A stretch of DNA of 64,000 nucleotides from an uncultured Gemmatimonadales bacterium (lineage in GTDB: Bacteria; Gemmatimonadota; Gemmatimonadetes; Gemmatimonadales; Gemmatimonadaceae). The stretch is from contig CAWKNZ010000003.1 of the NCBI GenBank assembly GCA_963851265.1, positions 160,001 to 224,000 on the forward strand, given 5' to 3'. Position numbers and translations under genes: made by a program. Positions 1 through 8,843 of this stretch are shown one piece after another; within the stretch, counting starts at the first letter, position 1; each line of letters opens with the position of its first letter. The notes beneath the pieces were generated by a model, which saw only the letters and a program-made list of their open reading frames with translations, had not been told where the DNA came from and did no database searches.

Positions 1-1
1 C

Positions 2-745
2 GCCGCGGGCGCGCTCCGCTACTGGGAGCGCCGCCAGGAAATCGTCGCCAACAACCTCGCCAACACATCGACGGACGGTTTCAAGGGCGACCGCGGCTAC
101 GCGCGCCTCGTCGGCACCGGCACCGCGGGCGAGAGCACGGTCGTCCAGAGCGCGGTCGACCAGAGCGCGGGCACGCTCCGCGAAACGCACAACCCGCTCG
201 ACCTCGCGCTGCAGTCGGGCGGATTCTTCGTCGTCCAGCCTCGTGCGGGCCAGGGCGCCGCGGGCAAGAGCGCCGCGGGTCAGGCCGCCGCGGGCGAGCG
301 CTGGACGCGTGCGGGGTCGTTCCAGCTCGACGCCAACCGGCAACTCGTCGACGCGGACGGCGCGGCCGTGTTAGGCACGACCGGCCCGATCACCGTCCCG
401 CCCGACACCACCGTGTCCGTCGGCCCCGACGGCACCGTGCGCGCGAGCGGCGCCGACGGCGGCAGCCGCGTCGTCGCGCAGCTGCGCGTCGAGCGCGCGC
501 CGGCCGGCGCCTCGCTCGCCCACGACGGCGCGACCCGCTTCGTGCCCGACCCCGCACGCCAGAGCGTGCCGCCCGCCGAGCGCCGCGTGCGCCAGGGATT
601 CGTCGAGGAGAGCAACGTCACCCCCATCGGCGCCCTCGTCGACATGATCGCCGTCCAGCGCGCCTACGCCTCGGTGCAGAAGGCCGTCACGACGATCGAC
701 GCCGTGCGCGGCGTCGCGACGAGCGAACTCGGCAAGCCCGTCTGA
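2..745 (+). CDS. flgF: Flagellar basal-body rod protein FlgF (5' truncated by window edge)
   Basis: Frame 2 reads AAGALRYWERRQEIVANNLANTSTDGFKGD (rod/hook N-terminal ANNLAN motif). C-terminus is EESNV..LVDMIAVQRAY. Lies directly upstream of flgG. Confidence 0.85.
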   Translation, partial: AAGALRYWERRQEIVANNLANTSTDGFKGDRGYARLVGTGTAGESTVVQSAVDQSAGTLRETHNPLDLALQSGGFFVVQPRAGQGAAGKSAAGQAAAGERWTRAGSFQLDANRQLVDADGAAVLGTTGPITVPPDTTVSVGPDGTVRASGADGGSRVVAQLRVERAPAGASLAHDGATRFVPDPARQSVPPAERRVRQGFVEESNVTPIGALVDMIAVQRAYASVQKAVTTIDAVRGVATSELGKPV

Positions 746-770
746 CCGCCCCCTCCCCAGAGCCCCGCCC

Positions 771-1568
771 ATGGATCCCGCGCTCCGCGCCGCCGCGAGC
801 GGCATGATGGCCCAGCAGACCCGCAGCGAGGTCATCGCCAACAACCTCGCCAACGTCAACACGACCGGCTTCAAGCGGAGCCGCGCGCAGTTCGAGGACC
901 TGCTCTACCAGACGGTCCAGGGCGCCGCCGTGATCGGCGCGTCGGAGAGCCAGACCACGCCCGCCGTGCAGGTCGGCCGCGGCACCCGCCTCACCGCGGT
1001 CACCCGGCTGCACACGCAGGGCATCCTCGAGACCACCAACCGCCCGCTCGACGTCGCGATCGAGGGGGAGGGCTTCTTCCAGGTCCAGACCGGCAGCGGC
1101 AGCGGCTCGCTCGCCTACACGCGCGACGGCTCGTTCCAGATCAGCGACCAGGGCGTGCTCGTGACGAGCGAGGGCTACACGGTCCAGCCGTCCATCCGCA
1201 TCCCCTCCGACGCGACCACCGTGTCGGTGTCGCGCACCGGCGTCGTCACCGCGACCCGCGGCAACGACACGTCCAAGCCCCAGGAGCTCGGCCGCATCGA
1301 ACTCGCGCGCTTCGTCAACCCCGCCGGGCTGCAGACCAACGGGCAGAACCTCTACTCGCCCACGCCGGCGAGCGGCGAGGCGCAGGCCGGCTTTCCCGGC
1401 GACGACGGCATCGGCTCGCTCGTCCAGGGTTCGCTCGAGGGGAGCAACGTCGAGATCGTGCAGGAGATGGTCGACATGATCACCGCCATGCGCGCCTACG
1501 AGATCAACTCGAAGGCGATCAAGAACAGCGAGGACATGTCCGACATCGCCGGGAACCTGGTGAAGTGA
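771..1568 (+). CDS. flgG: Flagellar basal-body rod protein FlgG
   Basis: SGMMAQQ..IANNLANVNTTGFKRSRAQFEDLLYQ, YTRDGSF and LEGSNVEIVQEMVDMITAMRAYEINSK motifs. Confidence 0.95.
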   Translation: MDPALRAAASGMMAQQTRSEVIANNLANVNTTGFKRSRAQFEDLLYQTVQGAAVIGASESQTTPAVQVGRGTRLTAVTRLHTQGILETTNRPLDVAIEGEGFFQVQTGSGSGSLAYTRDGSFQISDQGVLVTSEGYTVQPSIRIPSDATTVSVSRTGVVTATRGNDTSKPQELGRIELARFVNPAGLQTNGQNLYSPTPASGEAQAGFPGDDGIGSLVQGSLEGSNVEIVQEMVDMITAMRAYEINSKAIKNSEDMSDIAGNLVK

Positions 1569-2032
1569 TGCGGCCGCAATCGCCACGCCTCCGCCGCGCC
1601 CTGCGTTGGGCGCCCCTCCCGCTCCTCGGCGCCGGCCTCGCCGACGCGCGCGCGCTCGCGGCGCAGCCGACGCCCGCCGCCGTCGCACAGGGCCCGCGCG
1701 CCGCGCGCGCCCTCGCCCGCGGCGAGTCGCTCGCCGCGGGCGACATCGTCGCCGCACCGGGCGACACGCTCGCCCCGCGGCTCGTCGGCTGGACCACGCG
1801 ACGCGTGATCGCCGCGGGCGAGGTGCTCCACGCGCCCGCCGTCGCGCCGCCCGCCGCCGTGCGCGCGGGCGACCACGTCGCCGTCGTCTACCAGCAGTCC
1901 GGCGTCGCGCTCCGGCTCGCGGGCACCGCGGCCGCCGACGCCGCGTTAGGCGCCCGCGTGGCCGTGCGCGTCGACACGCGCCGCCGCTTCGAGGGCACCG
2001 TCACGGCGCCCGGCGTGGTGACGCTGCCGTGA
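1565..2032 (+). CDS. flgA: Flagellar P-ring formation chaperone FlgA (short, SAF-type)
   Basis: Signal-like N-terminus, ARALARGESL..RRVIAAGEVL..VRAGDHV..GTAAADAALG pattern, position between flgG and flgH. Confidence 0.8.
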   Translation: MMRPQSPRLRRALRWAPLPLLGAGLADARALAAQPTPAAVAQGPRAARALARGESLAAGDIVAAPGDTLAPRLVGWTTRRVIAAGEVLHAPAVAPPAAVRAGDHVAVVYQQSGVALRLAGTAAADAALGARVAVRVDTRRRFEGTVTAPGVVTLP

Positions 2033-2727
2033 GCCCGGCCGCCCGCCTCACCGCCGTCGCGATCGTGCTCACGCTCGAGCCAGGGATCGCGCGCTCACAA
2101 CCGCCCGCGGGCCGGGCGCCCGCGGGCGGGCCGGCCGCGGCTGCGGCCGCCCCCGCCGCGACGACCGCCGCGTCCGCCGAGCCCGCACCGACGTTCGCCC
2201 CCACGGCGGCCCCCCTCCGCCCGGGCCTCCGCGCCTGGACGCAGGACCGCCGCGACTTCGGGGTCGGCGACATCCTCACCGTGCTCGTCGACGATTACAC
2301 GATCTCGACGGCCATCAAGGACGACATCGACTCGCAGCGCCGTACGCGCGACCTCGGCCTCACGATCAGCAAGCCCGGCGGCGGCCTGTCCACGTCGGCC
2401 GGCCTCAGCTCCAACAACAACGCCGACGCCGAGAACCGCGGCGAGGCGCGCCGCGAAAACCGCTTCCAGAGCGAGATGAGCGTGCGCATCGTTGGTGTAT
2501 CGCCCAACGGCACGCTACAGGTACGGGGGCTGCGCCGCATCAACGTGGACAAGGGCATGCAGGACGTCACCCTCGCGGGCTACGTTCGCCCGCAAGACGT
2601 CTCGGCCGCCAACACGGTCGAAAGCTCCCGCCTCGCCGACGTCCAGCTCACGTACCAGTCGCCCGGCCCGCTCGGCAAGCCGAAGCAGGGCATGCTCACC
2701 CGCATCATCAGCATCTTCTGGCCCTGA
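2029..2727 (+). CDS. flgH: Flagellar L-ring protein FlgH
   Basis: DRRDFGVGDILTVLV, PNGTLQVRG, GYVRPQDV..NTVESSRLAD and terminal IFWP. GTG start overlaps the flgA stop. Confidence 0.9.
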   Translation: MSPAARLTAVAIVLTLEPGIARSQPPAGRAPAGGPAAAAAAPAATTAASAEPAPTFAPTAAPLRPGLRAWTQDRRDFGVGDILTVLVDDYTISTAIKDDIDSQRRTRDLGLTISKPGGGLSTSAGLSSNNNADAENRGEARRENRFQSEMSVRIVGVSPNGTLQVRGLRRINVDKGMQDVTLAGYVRPQDVSAANTVESSRLADVQLTYQSPGPLGKPKQGMLTRIISIFWP

Positions 2728-2735
2728 CCGCGCCG

Positions 2736-4169
2736 ATGCTCCGCGCCCTCGCCTACCGCATCCTCGCCGTGTTTCGGCGCCCGCGCGCCGCCGCTCCGGC
2801 CGCGCGCCCCGACTACGCCGCGATCGGCCGCGCCCTCGCCGCCGAGGACGCGCGCCGGCTCGCCGCACGCCGCGCCACCGACGCCGCCACGCGCGCCGCC
2901 CTGCTCCGACTCGCCCCCGACGGTGCGCAGGCCCGCGCCGATGCCGCGCGCCAGAGCGCGGCCGGTGCCGCCGGCGCCGCCGCGGGCACCGCGCCCGGCG
3001 ACCGCCCCGTCGCCTTCCGCGTTCCGGGGGTTGCCGACCGCGAGCGGCTCACGCCTCCCATCGGCGTCGACGTCGTGCGCGACGCGACCACGCGCGGCCG
3101 CCGCTACACCCTCGCCTTCCTCTCGGCCGTGACCGCCCTCGCCGCGGCCCTCGGCGGCGCCCGCCCGGCCGCCGCGCAGGACGCGACCGGCGTGCGCATC
3201 CGCGACCTCACCCTCGCCGACGGGGCCGCCCCGATTCGGCTCATGGGTTACGGGCTCGCCGTCGGGCTCGACGGCTCCGGCGACCGCTCGGTCGGCGGTG
3301 GGGGCGGCGGGATGACGGTGCAGAGCGTCGTCAACCTGCTCCGCAACTTCAACGTCGAGGTGCCCGCGGGGCTCGTGCGGACGCGCAACGCCGCCGCGGT
3401 GCTCGTGACGGCCGAGGTGTCGCCGTACCTGCGCGCGGGCGGCCGGTTCGAGGTACAGGTCGCCTCGCTCGGCGATGCGCGCTCGCTACGCGGCGGTCTG
3501 CTCTACATGACGCCCCTGCTCGCCGAGGCCGGCGGCCGGCCCGTCGCCGCCGCCCAGGGCGCGCTGATGATCTCGGACGGCTCCGACCCGCGCAACCGCT
3601 TCGGGCCGCCCACGGTCGAGACGACCGTGCGCCTTCCCGGCGGCGGTCAGCTCGAAGCCGACCTGCCGCGCCCGACGCTCGCCCAGAGCAACCGCCTCCT
3701 CCTGCGCGAACCCGACATCGGCACCGCGACGAAGATCGCCGCGGCCGTGAACGCGGCGATGGGGCCAACCGCCGCCGCCGTCGAGGATCCGGGCTCCATC
3801 ACGCTCAACCTGCCGGCAGCCGGGCGTGCGGCGGCCCTCGCCCGGCTCGGCGATCTGCGCGTCACCCCGGACCGTGCTGCCCGCGTCGTCATCGACGCGC
3901 GCGACGGAACGGTCGTCGCCGGCGGCGACCTCGCGGTCGGCGCCGCAGTGGTGAGCCACGGCGCGATCACGCTCTCGATCGCCGCCGGCGGCGCCGCGCC
4001 CAGCGCGCCGAACGCCCCGTCGGGCGACGTGCGGGTCGCGCCGGGCACGTCCGTGCAGCAGATCGCGGCCGCGCTCCACGCGGTGCAGACTCCTGCCAGC
4101 GACATCGCCGCCATCTTTGCCGCGCTCCGCGAAGTCGGCGCGCTGGCGGCAGAGGTCGTGGTGCGGTGA
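2736..4169 (+). CDS. flgI: Flagellar P-ring protein FlgI (start uncertain; alternative GTG at 3075)
   Basis: RIRDL..LMGYGLAVGLDGSGD, RNAAAVLVTA, SLGDARSLRGGLLYMTPL, ARVVIDARDGTVV. Confidence 0.92.
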   Translation: MLRALAYRILAVFRRPRAAAPAARPDYAAIGRALAAEDARRLAARRATDAATRAALLRLAPDGAQARADAARQSAAGAAGAAAGTAPGDRPVAFRVPGVADRERLTPPIGVDVVRDATTRGRRYTLAFLSAVTALAAALGGARPAAAQDATGVRIRDLTLADGAAPIRLMGYGLAVGLDGSGDRSVGGGGGGMTVQSVVNLLRNFNVEVPAGLVRTRNAAAVLVTAEVSPYLRAGGRFEVQVASLGDARSLRGGLLYMTPLLAEAGGRPVAAAQGALMISDGSDPRNRFGPPTVETTVRLPGGGQLEADLPRPTLAQSNRLLLREPDIGTATKIAAAVNAAMGPTAAAVEDPGSITLNLPAAGRAAALARLGDLRVTPDRAARVVIDARDGTVVAGGDLAVGAAVVSHGAITLSIAAGGAAPSAPNAPSGDVRVAPGTSVQQIAAALHAVQTPASDIAAIFAALREVGALAAEVVVR

Positions 4170-4591
4170 CCGCGCCCATCTCGGGGCCGACCGGCGGTTC
4201 GGCGGCGGGGGCGACGGCCGCCCGCGCGGACGCCGAGGACGCCAAGCTGCGCAACGCCGCGCGCCAGCTCGAAGGCGTGTTCACGCAGCAACTGTTCAAG
4301 GCCATGCGCGCCACCGTGCCCGAGGGCCAGGGCGAGATCGGCGACAGCGGCGGCGCGCAGGACATGTTCACCGGCCTGCTCGACGAACGCCTCGCCAACG
4401 ACCCGCGCGCGTCGAGCACGCACGGCATCGGCGACGCGATCTACCACCACCTGCTCCGCGTGCGCGGCGGCCAGCACTCGGCGACGCAGCCCGACTCCGC
4501 CCAGCCCACCGCGGCACCCAACGCCGCCCCGCCGTCGCCCGCCGGCGTGACCATGCCGGCCGGCGGGGCGTCGTTGCGTGCGACGCGGTAG
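4166..4591 (+). CDS. flgJ: FlgJ-like rod-binding protein (no muramidase domain)
   Basis: KLRNAARQLEGVFTQQLFKAMRATVP..MFTGLLDERLA..GIGDAIY. GTG overlaps the flgI stop. Confidence 0.8.
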   Translation: MTAPISGPTGGSAAGATAARADAEDAKLRNAARQLEGVFTQQLFKAMRATVPEGQGEIGDSGGAQDMFTGLLDERLANDPRASSTHGIGDAIYHHLLRVRGGQHSATQPDSAQPTAAPNAAPPSPAGVTMPAGGASLRATR

Positions 4592-4627
4592 CACGAGCCC
4601 GTCGCGCACTCTCCCGCCCCGCCGGTC

Positions 4628-5158
4628 ATGGTCACGCTGCCCCTTCCCACCACCGCCCCGCCGTCCGCCGCTCCGGCCACCGGGGCGGCACCGGCCGTCG
4701 TCGCCGCCCTGCTCGAGGCGCTCCGCACCGAGCAGCGCCTCGTCGACGACCTGGCGGCGACGATGCGGCAGCAGCGCTCCGCGGTCGGCGGCGACGACCT
4801 CGAAACGGTCGACGACACGGTCTTCGCGACGCACCGCCTGCTCGCGACCCTCGGCCAGGCGCGGCTGCGACGTCGGCAGCTCGGGCGGCTGGTCGCCGGC
4901 AGTGACGACATGCCGATCCGCCACCTACGCGAGCGCGCCGCGGCCGCGGCCGGGAGCGAGCCCACCGCCGACGCGCTCTGCGGCGCGTGCGACGCCCTCC
5001 TCGCCAGCGCGGCCGTGCTCGCCCGCGAGGTCGACATGAACCGCCGCGTGCTCCGCGAGGCGCTCGCCGGCGGCGACGCACACGCGCGCGCGCTCCGCGG
5101 GCTCCCCGCCGCGATGCCCGCCGGCGGCGCCGCGGCGATGGTCGACCGGCGCGCCTGA
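4628..5158 (+). CDS. flgN: Flagellar export chaperone FlgN-like protein
   Basis: Helical protein ending ..EVDMNRRVLREAL..MVDRRA, immediately upstream of flgK. Confidence 0.7.
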   Translation: MVTLPLPTTAPPSAAPATGAAPAVVAALLEALRTEQRLVDDLAATMRQQRSAVGGDDLETVDDTVFATHRLLATLGQARLRRRQLGRLVAGSDDMPIRHLRERAAAAAGSEPTADALCGACDALLASAAVLAREVDMNRRVLREALAGGDAHARALRGLPAAMPAGGAAAMVDRRA

Positions 5159-5168
5159 GACGCCGCCC

Positions 5169-6716
5169 ATGTCGCTCACCTCCGTCCTCGGCACCGCCCG
5201 CTCCGCGCTCACCGCGCAGCAGGTCGTCATCGACACCGCGGGCCACAACATCGCCAACGCGCAGACCGCCGGGTACGCGCGCCAGACGGTCGACCTCTCG
5301 GCCTCCGTCGCGCAGCAGTTGACGTACGGCACCATCGGCTCCGGGGTGCAGGTCGCCACCATCACGAGCGCGCGCGACGCGCTGCTCGACGGGACGGTGC
5401 GCCAGGAGCAGGGGAACGCGAGCGCGTCCACGCAACGGCAGTCGTTGCTGAATTCCGTGCAGGACATCCTCGGCGAACCGTCGGACACGGGACTCGCGTC
5501 GGCGATGGACGCGTTCTGGTCCGGCTGGTCCGACCTCGCTGCGCAGCCGACGAGCGGGGCGGCGAAGGCCGTGGTCGTGCAGCGCGGCGCGGCCGCGGCG
5601 ACGATCCTCAACCAGTTCGACGGCCGTCTGAGCGACCTGCGCGCGCAGACCACGCAGTCGCTCGACAGCAACCTCACGCAGGTCAACACGCTCGCCAAGC
5701 AGATCGCCGACCTCAACGGCCGCATCGCCTCGGCGGAAGTGGGCGGCCACGAGGCCAACGATCTGCGCGACGCGCGAGGCACGGCGATCGACCAGCTCTC
5801 GGCGTTCGGCACCGTGCGGACCACCGCGAAGCCCAACGGCTCCACCGAGGTGACGTTCGGCAACTACGCGCTCGTCACCGACATCGGTGCCCGTCAGCTG
5901 CAGCGCACGACCGACGTCGAAGGCAAGGTCGCACTCGCGTTCACCGACCAGCCGTCCCAGCCGTTGCAGGCGGCCGGCGGGTCGACGCAGGCGATGACCG
6001 ACTTCCTCAACGGCGGCGCGCAGCGGGTGCAGGACCAGCTCGACGCGCTGGCCAACCAGCTCGCGACGTCGGTCAACCGGGTCGCGGCGCAGGGGAAGGA
6101 CGCGTCCGGCGCGGGCGCGCAGTCGTTCTTCGTGAGCACGCTCGGCGGCACGTTCGTGCCCGGTGCCAACCCGTACACGGTGCCGCCCACGGACGGCACC
6201 GTCACCGCGCGCACGATCACCGTCAACGCCGCGCTGGTCGCCGACGCGTCGGGCGTTCCCACGTCGTCGTCCGCGCAGCAGCCGAACGGCAACGACGTGG
6301 CCCTCGCGCTCGCGGGGCTGCGGACGTCCGCCACCGCGGCGGTCGGCGGCGTGTCGGTCGCCTTCACGCTGCCTGACCGTTCGGCGCCGCCGACGGTCGC
6401 GACGACCACGATGGGCGGCACGACCGTCACCACCACCACGCCCGCGATGGGCGCCGCGTCGGCCCCGACCTCGTTCGCCGACTTCTACAACGGCACGGTC
6501 ACCTCGCTCGGCGTCGACGTCAAGGCGGCGACCGACGACGCGTCGGTGCACACCGCCCTCGCCGACCAGGCCAGCGCGCGCCGGCAGAGCACCGAGGGCG
6601 TGAACACCGACGAGGAGCTGACGAACCTCATGCAGGCACAGCAGGCGTACGCCGCCGCCGCCAAGATCGTCACCACCGTCAGCGACATGATGAAGACGCT
6701 CGTGGAGATGATCTGA
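5169..6716 (+). CDS. flgK: Flagellar hook-associated protein FlgK
   Basis: TARSALTAQQ..GHNIANAQTAGYARQ, ANDLRDAR, GVNTDEELTNLMQAQQAYAAAAK. Confidence 0.95.
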   Translation: MSLTSVLGTARSALTAQQVVIDTAGHNIANAQTAGYARQTVDLSASVAQQLTYGTIGSGVQVATITSARDALLDGTVRQEQGNASASTQRQSLLNSVQDILGEPSDTGLASAMDAFWSGWSDLAAQPTSGAAKAVVVQRGAAAATILNQFDGRLSDLRAQTTQSLDSNLTQVNTLAKQIADLNGRIASAEVGGHEANDLRDARGTAIDQLSAFGTVRTTAKPNGSTEVTFGNYALVTDIGARQLQRTTDVEGKVALAFTDQPSQPLQAAGGSTQAMTDFLNGGAQRVQDQLDALANQLATSVNRVAAQGKDASGAGAQSFFVSTLGGTFVPGANPYTVPPTDGTVTARTITVNAALVADASGVPTSSSAQQPNGNDVALALAGLRTSATAAVGGVSVAFTLPDRSAPPTVATTTMGGTTVTTTTPAMGAASAPTSFADFYNGTVTSLGVDVKAATDDASVHTALADQASARRQSTEGVNTDEELTNLMQAQQAYAAAAKIVTTVSDMMKTLVEMI

Positions 6717-6949
6717 TGCTGATTCTCGGACGGAAACCCGGCGACACCGTCGTCATCGACGGCGGCATCACGATCGTCGTGCTCGCCTGCGAGAAGGGGG
6801 GCGTGCGCCTCGGCTTCTCCGCGCCCAGCGACGTCACGATCCTGCGCGGCGAGATCCTGCGTCAGGTCGCCGACGAGAACCGCCGCGCGGTCGCCGCGCC
6901 GACCGGCGCCGCGCGCGCGCTCGCCGCGCTCCTCCCCGCGACCGCCTGA
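6716..6949 (+). CDS. csrA: Carbon storage regulator CsrA
   Basis: MLILGRKPGD..VRLGFSAPSDVTILRGEI with a C-terminal helix (ENRRA). Translationally coupled to flgK. Confidence 0.9.
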   Translation: MLILGRKPGDTVVIDGGITIVVLACEKGGVRLGFSAPSDVTILRGEILRQVADENRRAVAAPTGAARALAALLPATA

Positions 6950-6959
6950 GGGAGTTCCG

Positions 6960-8081
6960 CTACTCGCCGCCGTCGATGCGGAAGAGTTGGGTCGTCAGCG
7001 CCTTCGGGTTCTGCGGCTTGTACCAGTTCATGTCCTGGATGTGCGAGGCGGTCACGTAGACCGCGCCGTCCGGGCCCTGTGAGAACGTGTCGGGCCAGCG
7101 CAGCCGCGCGTCGCTCACGACCGGCGTCAATCGGCCGTCGGCCTCACGCACCTTCACCGCGTTGTCCTCGGGCGCGGAGACGTACAGCCGCCCCGCGGGC
7201 GTCATCCACAGCCCGTCGGCCACGTTCGTCGTCCCCACGCGCTCGACCCGGGCGGCCAGCGCGGCGGGCGCCAGGGAGGCGTCGCGCAGCGCGGCGGTGG
7301 CGATGCGGTAGAGCGTGCGGCCGGTGAGGGCCTGGTAGTACAGGTACTGCCCGTCGGGCGAGAGCGCGATCCCGTCCGACGCGAACTCGACGCCGCGTCC
7401 GTCGGGGCGGCGCAGCTCGCGCCCGTCCGCATGCACCACGACGTCCTTCTCCGCCTGCACACTCGGGTGCGCCGACAGAAGGCGGCGCGCCGTGCCCGCC
7501 TGCAGGTCGACCACGACCAGCGCGCCCTGCCCGCCCGAGTCGGTGATGTAGGCGGTGCCGCCGTCGGGGCTGAAGCGCACGTCGTTCAGGTACGACCCGT
7601 TAGGCGCGACGGTCGTGTCGAAGCGGATCGTCTGCGCGGGGCGGTTGCTCGCGAGGTCGATGCGCACCAGCTTCGGCCCGCCCGGCACGAGTGCGCCGTT
7701 CCCCGGCGCCGCCGGGTCGAGCACCCAGAGGTTCCCGCGCCGGTCGGCCACGACGCTCTGCACGCACACGAAGTGCGCGCCGGCCGCGAGCTGGTTCTTC
7801 TTCGCGTTCCGCCACGCGTTCCACTCGGCGTCGGGGTACGGGCGCACGCTCCCGTCCTTCATCACCTCCGCGACCGACACCGGCGCGTCTTCCGTCCAGC
7901 GCGGGAAGTTGACGAAGATGCGGCCGTCGGGCGCGACCGACACGCCGGTCACCTGGTGGCCGAACGTCGCGACCTGCGTGAGGCGTGCCGGCGCGCCACG
8001 CGCGGCAGCACGGGGCGCGAGGCGGGGGGCGGCTGCGAGGACGGCAGCGGCCGCGAGCGAAGCGACGGTGAACTTGGTCAT
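6960..8081 (-). CDS. Major royal jelly protein / yellow family secreted beta-propeller
   Basis: Signal peptide; GRIFVNFPRW, FVCVQSV, LWVLD, GGPKLV, SYLNDVR, AYITDSG, DGIALSPDG, LRWPDTF. Confidence 0.85.
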   Translation of the reverse strand: MTKFTVASLAAAAVLAAAPRLAPRAAARGAPARLTQVATFGHQVTGVSVAPDGRIFVNFPRWTEDAPVSVAEVMKDGSVRPYPDAEWNAWRNAKKNQLAAGAHFVCVQSVVADRRGNLWVLDPAAPGNGALVPGGPKLVRIDLASNRPAQTIRFDTTVAPNGSYLNDVRFSPDGGTAYITDSGGQGALVVVDLQAGTARRLLSAHPSVQAEKDVVVHADGRELRRPDGRGVEFASDGIALSPDGQYLYYQALTGRTLYRIATAALRDASLAPAALAARVERVGTTNVADGLWMTPAGRLYVSAPEDNAVKVREADGRLTPVVSDARLRWPDTFSQGPDGAVYVTASHIQDMNWYKPQNPKALTTQLFRIDGGE

Positions 8082-8130
8082 GCGCGCTGCCCCGGGCAGA
8101 GCCCATGCCGGCGGTGCCGCGCGTGGTCGA

Positions 8131-8742
8131 TCAGGCGCCCGCGTGTTGCATCACTTCGAACCGCGGCAACAGCACGCCCTGCCCCGCCGCCGCTCCCAGC
8201 AGCCACGCGGCAGCGGCGACCGCGTCCGGCGCGACCGCGGGGTCGGCCCGCACCTCGACGCCACGCTCGTCCACGTGCGCCCGGAGCGTGACCGCATCCC
8301 CCTCGACACCCGCCAGCAACACGACCAGGGCCTGCAGCAGCGCCGCCCGCGACGCCAGCACCGGCGGTGCCTCGCTCACGCCCTCGCACGCCGCACCCGC
8401 GTCCGGCGCGCCTCCGAGGTGTGCCCGCAGCGCGACGGCCTGTGCGACGACTTCGTGCAGCACCACCGGCTCCGGCGCGGCCTCGTCCCCGAACGGGTCC
8501 GCGGCGAGGAGCCGAAACTCTGCGAGCAGCAGCTCGAGCCGCTCCGCCTCGCCCTCCAGCACCCGGCCGGCCACCTCCGCGCTGCCTGCCGCGAGAATGC
8601 CGCCCGCGGCGACGACCGTGCCGATGCGGTTGCTCAAGGTGTGGACGAGGCCACGGAGGACCGCGTCGCGGGCGGCCGCCCACCGGAGCACGACGGCCGG
8701 ACTCACCGGCGCCGCAGGCCGTGCCGCGTCGGCGCTACGCAT
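8131..8742 (-). CDS. Degenerate histidine-kinase-like protein (H-box-like helix, no recognisable ATP-binding boxes)
   Basis: LRGLVHTLSNRIGTV..EAERLELLLAEFRLL..EPVVLHEVVAQAVAL..ALLQALVVLL follows HisKA/HATPase spacing but lacks the N-box Asn and DxGxG. Confidence 0.5.
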   Translation of the reverse strand: MRSADAARPAAPVSPAVVLRWAAARDAVLRGLVHTLSNRIGTVVAAGGILAAGSAEVAGRVLEGEAERLELLLAEFRLLAADPFGDEAAPEPVVLHEVVAQAVALRAHLGGAPDAGAACEGVSEAPPVLASRAALLQALVVLLAGVEGDAVTLRAHVDERGVEVRADPAVAPDAVAAAAWLLGAAAGQGVLLPRFEVMQHAGA

Positions 8743-8843
8743 CGGGTCCAGCGCGGCGCTTCTGTGGCCGATACTCCACACCGTTCGGCCCCCTCTCGTC
8801 CTCTAGCGGGACGTCGCTCCCCCGCACTGCCGCCCCCCGCCCC

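Noticed and set aside
6960..8081. Eukaryote-derived yellow/MRJP gene as recent horizontal transfer
   Set aside because: The family is widespread in bacteria and codon usage matches neighbouring genes.
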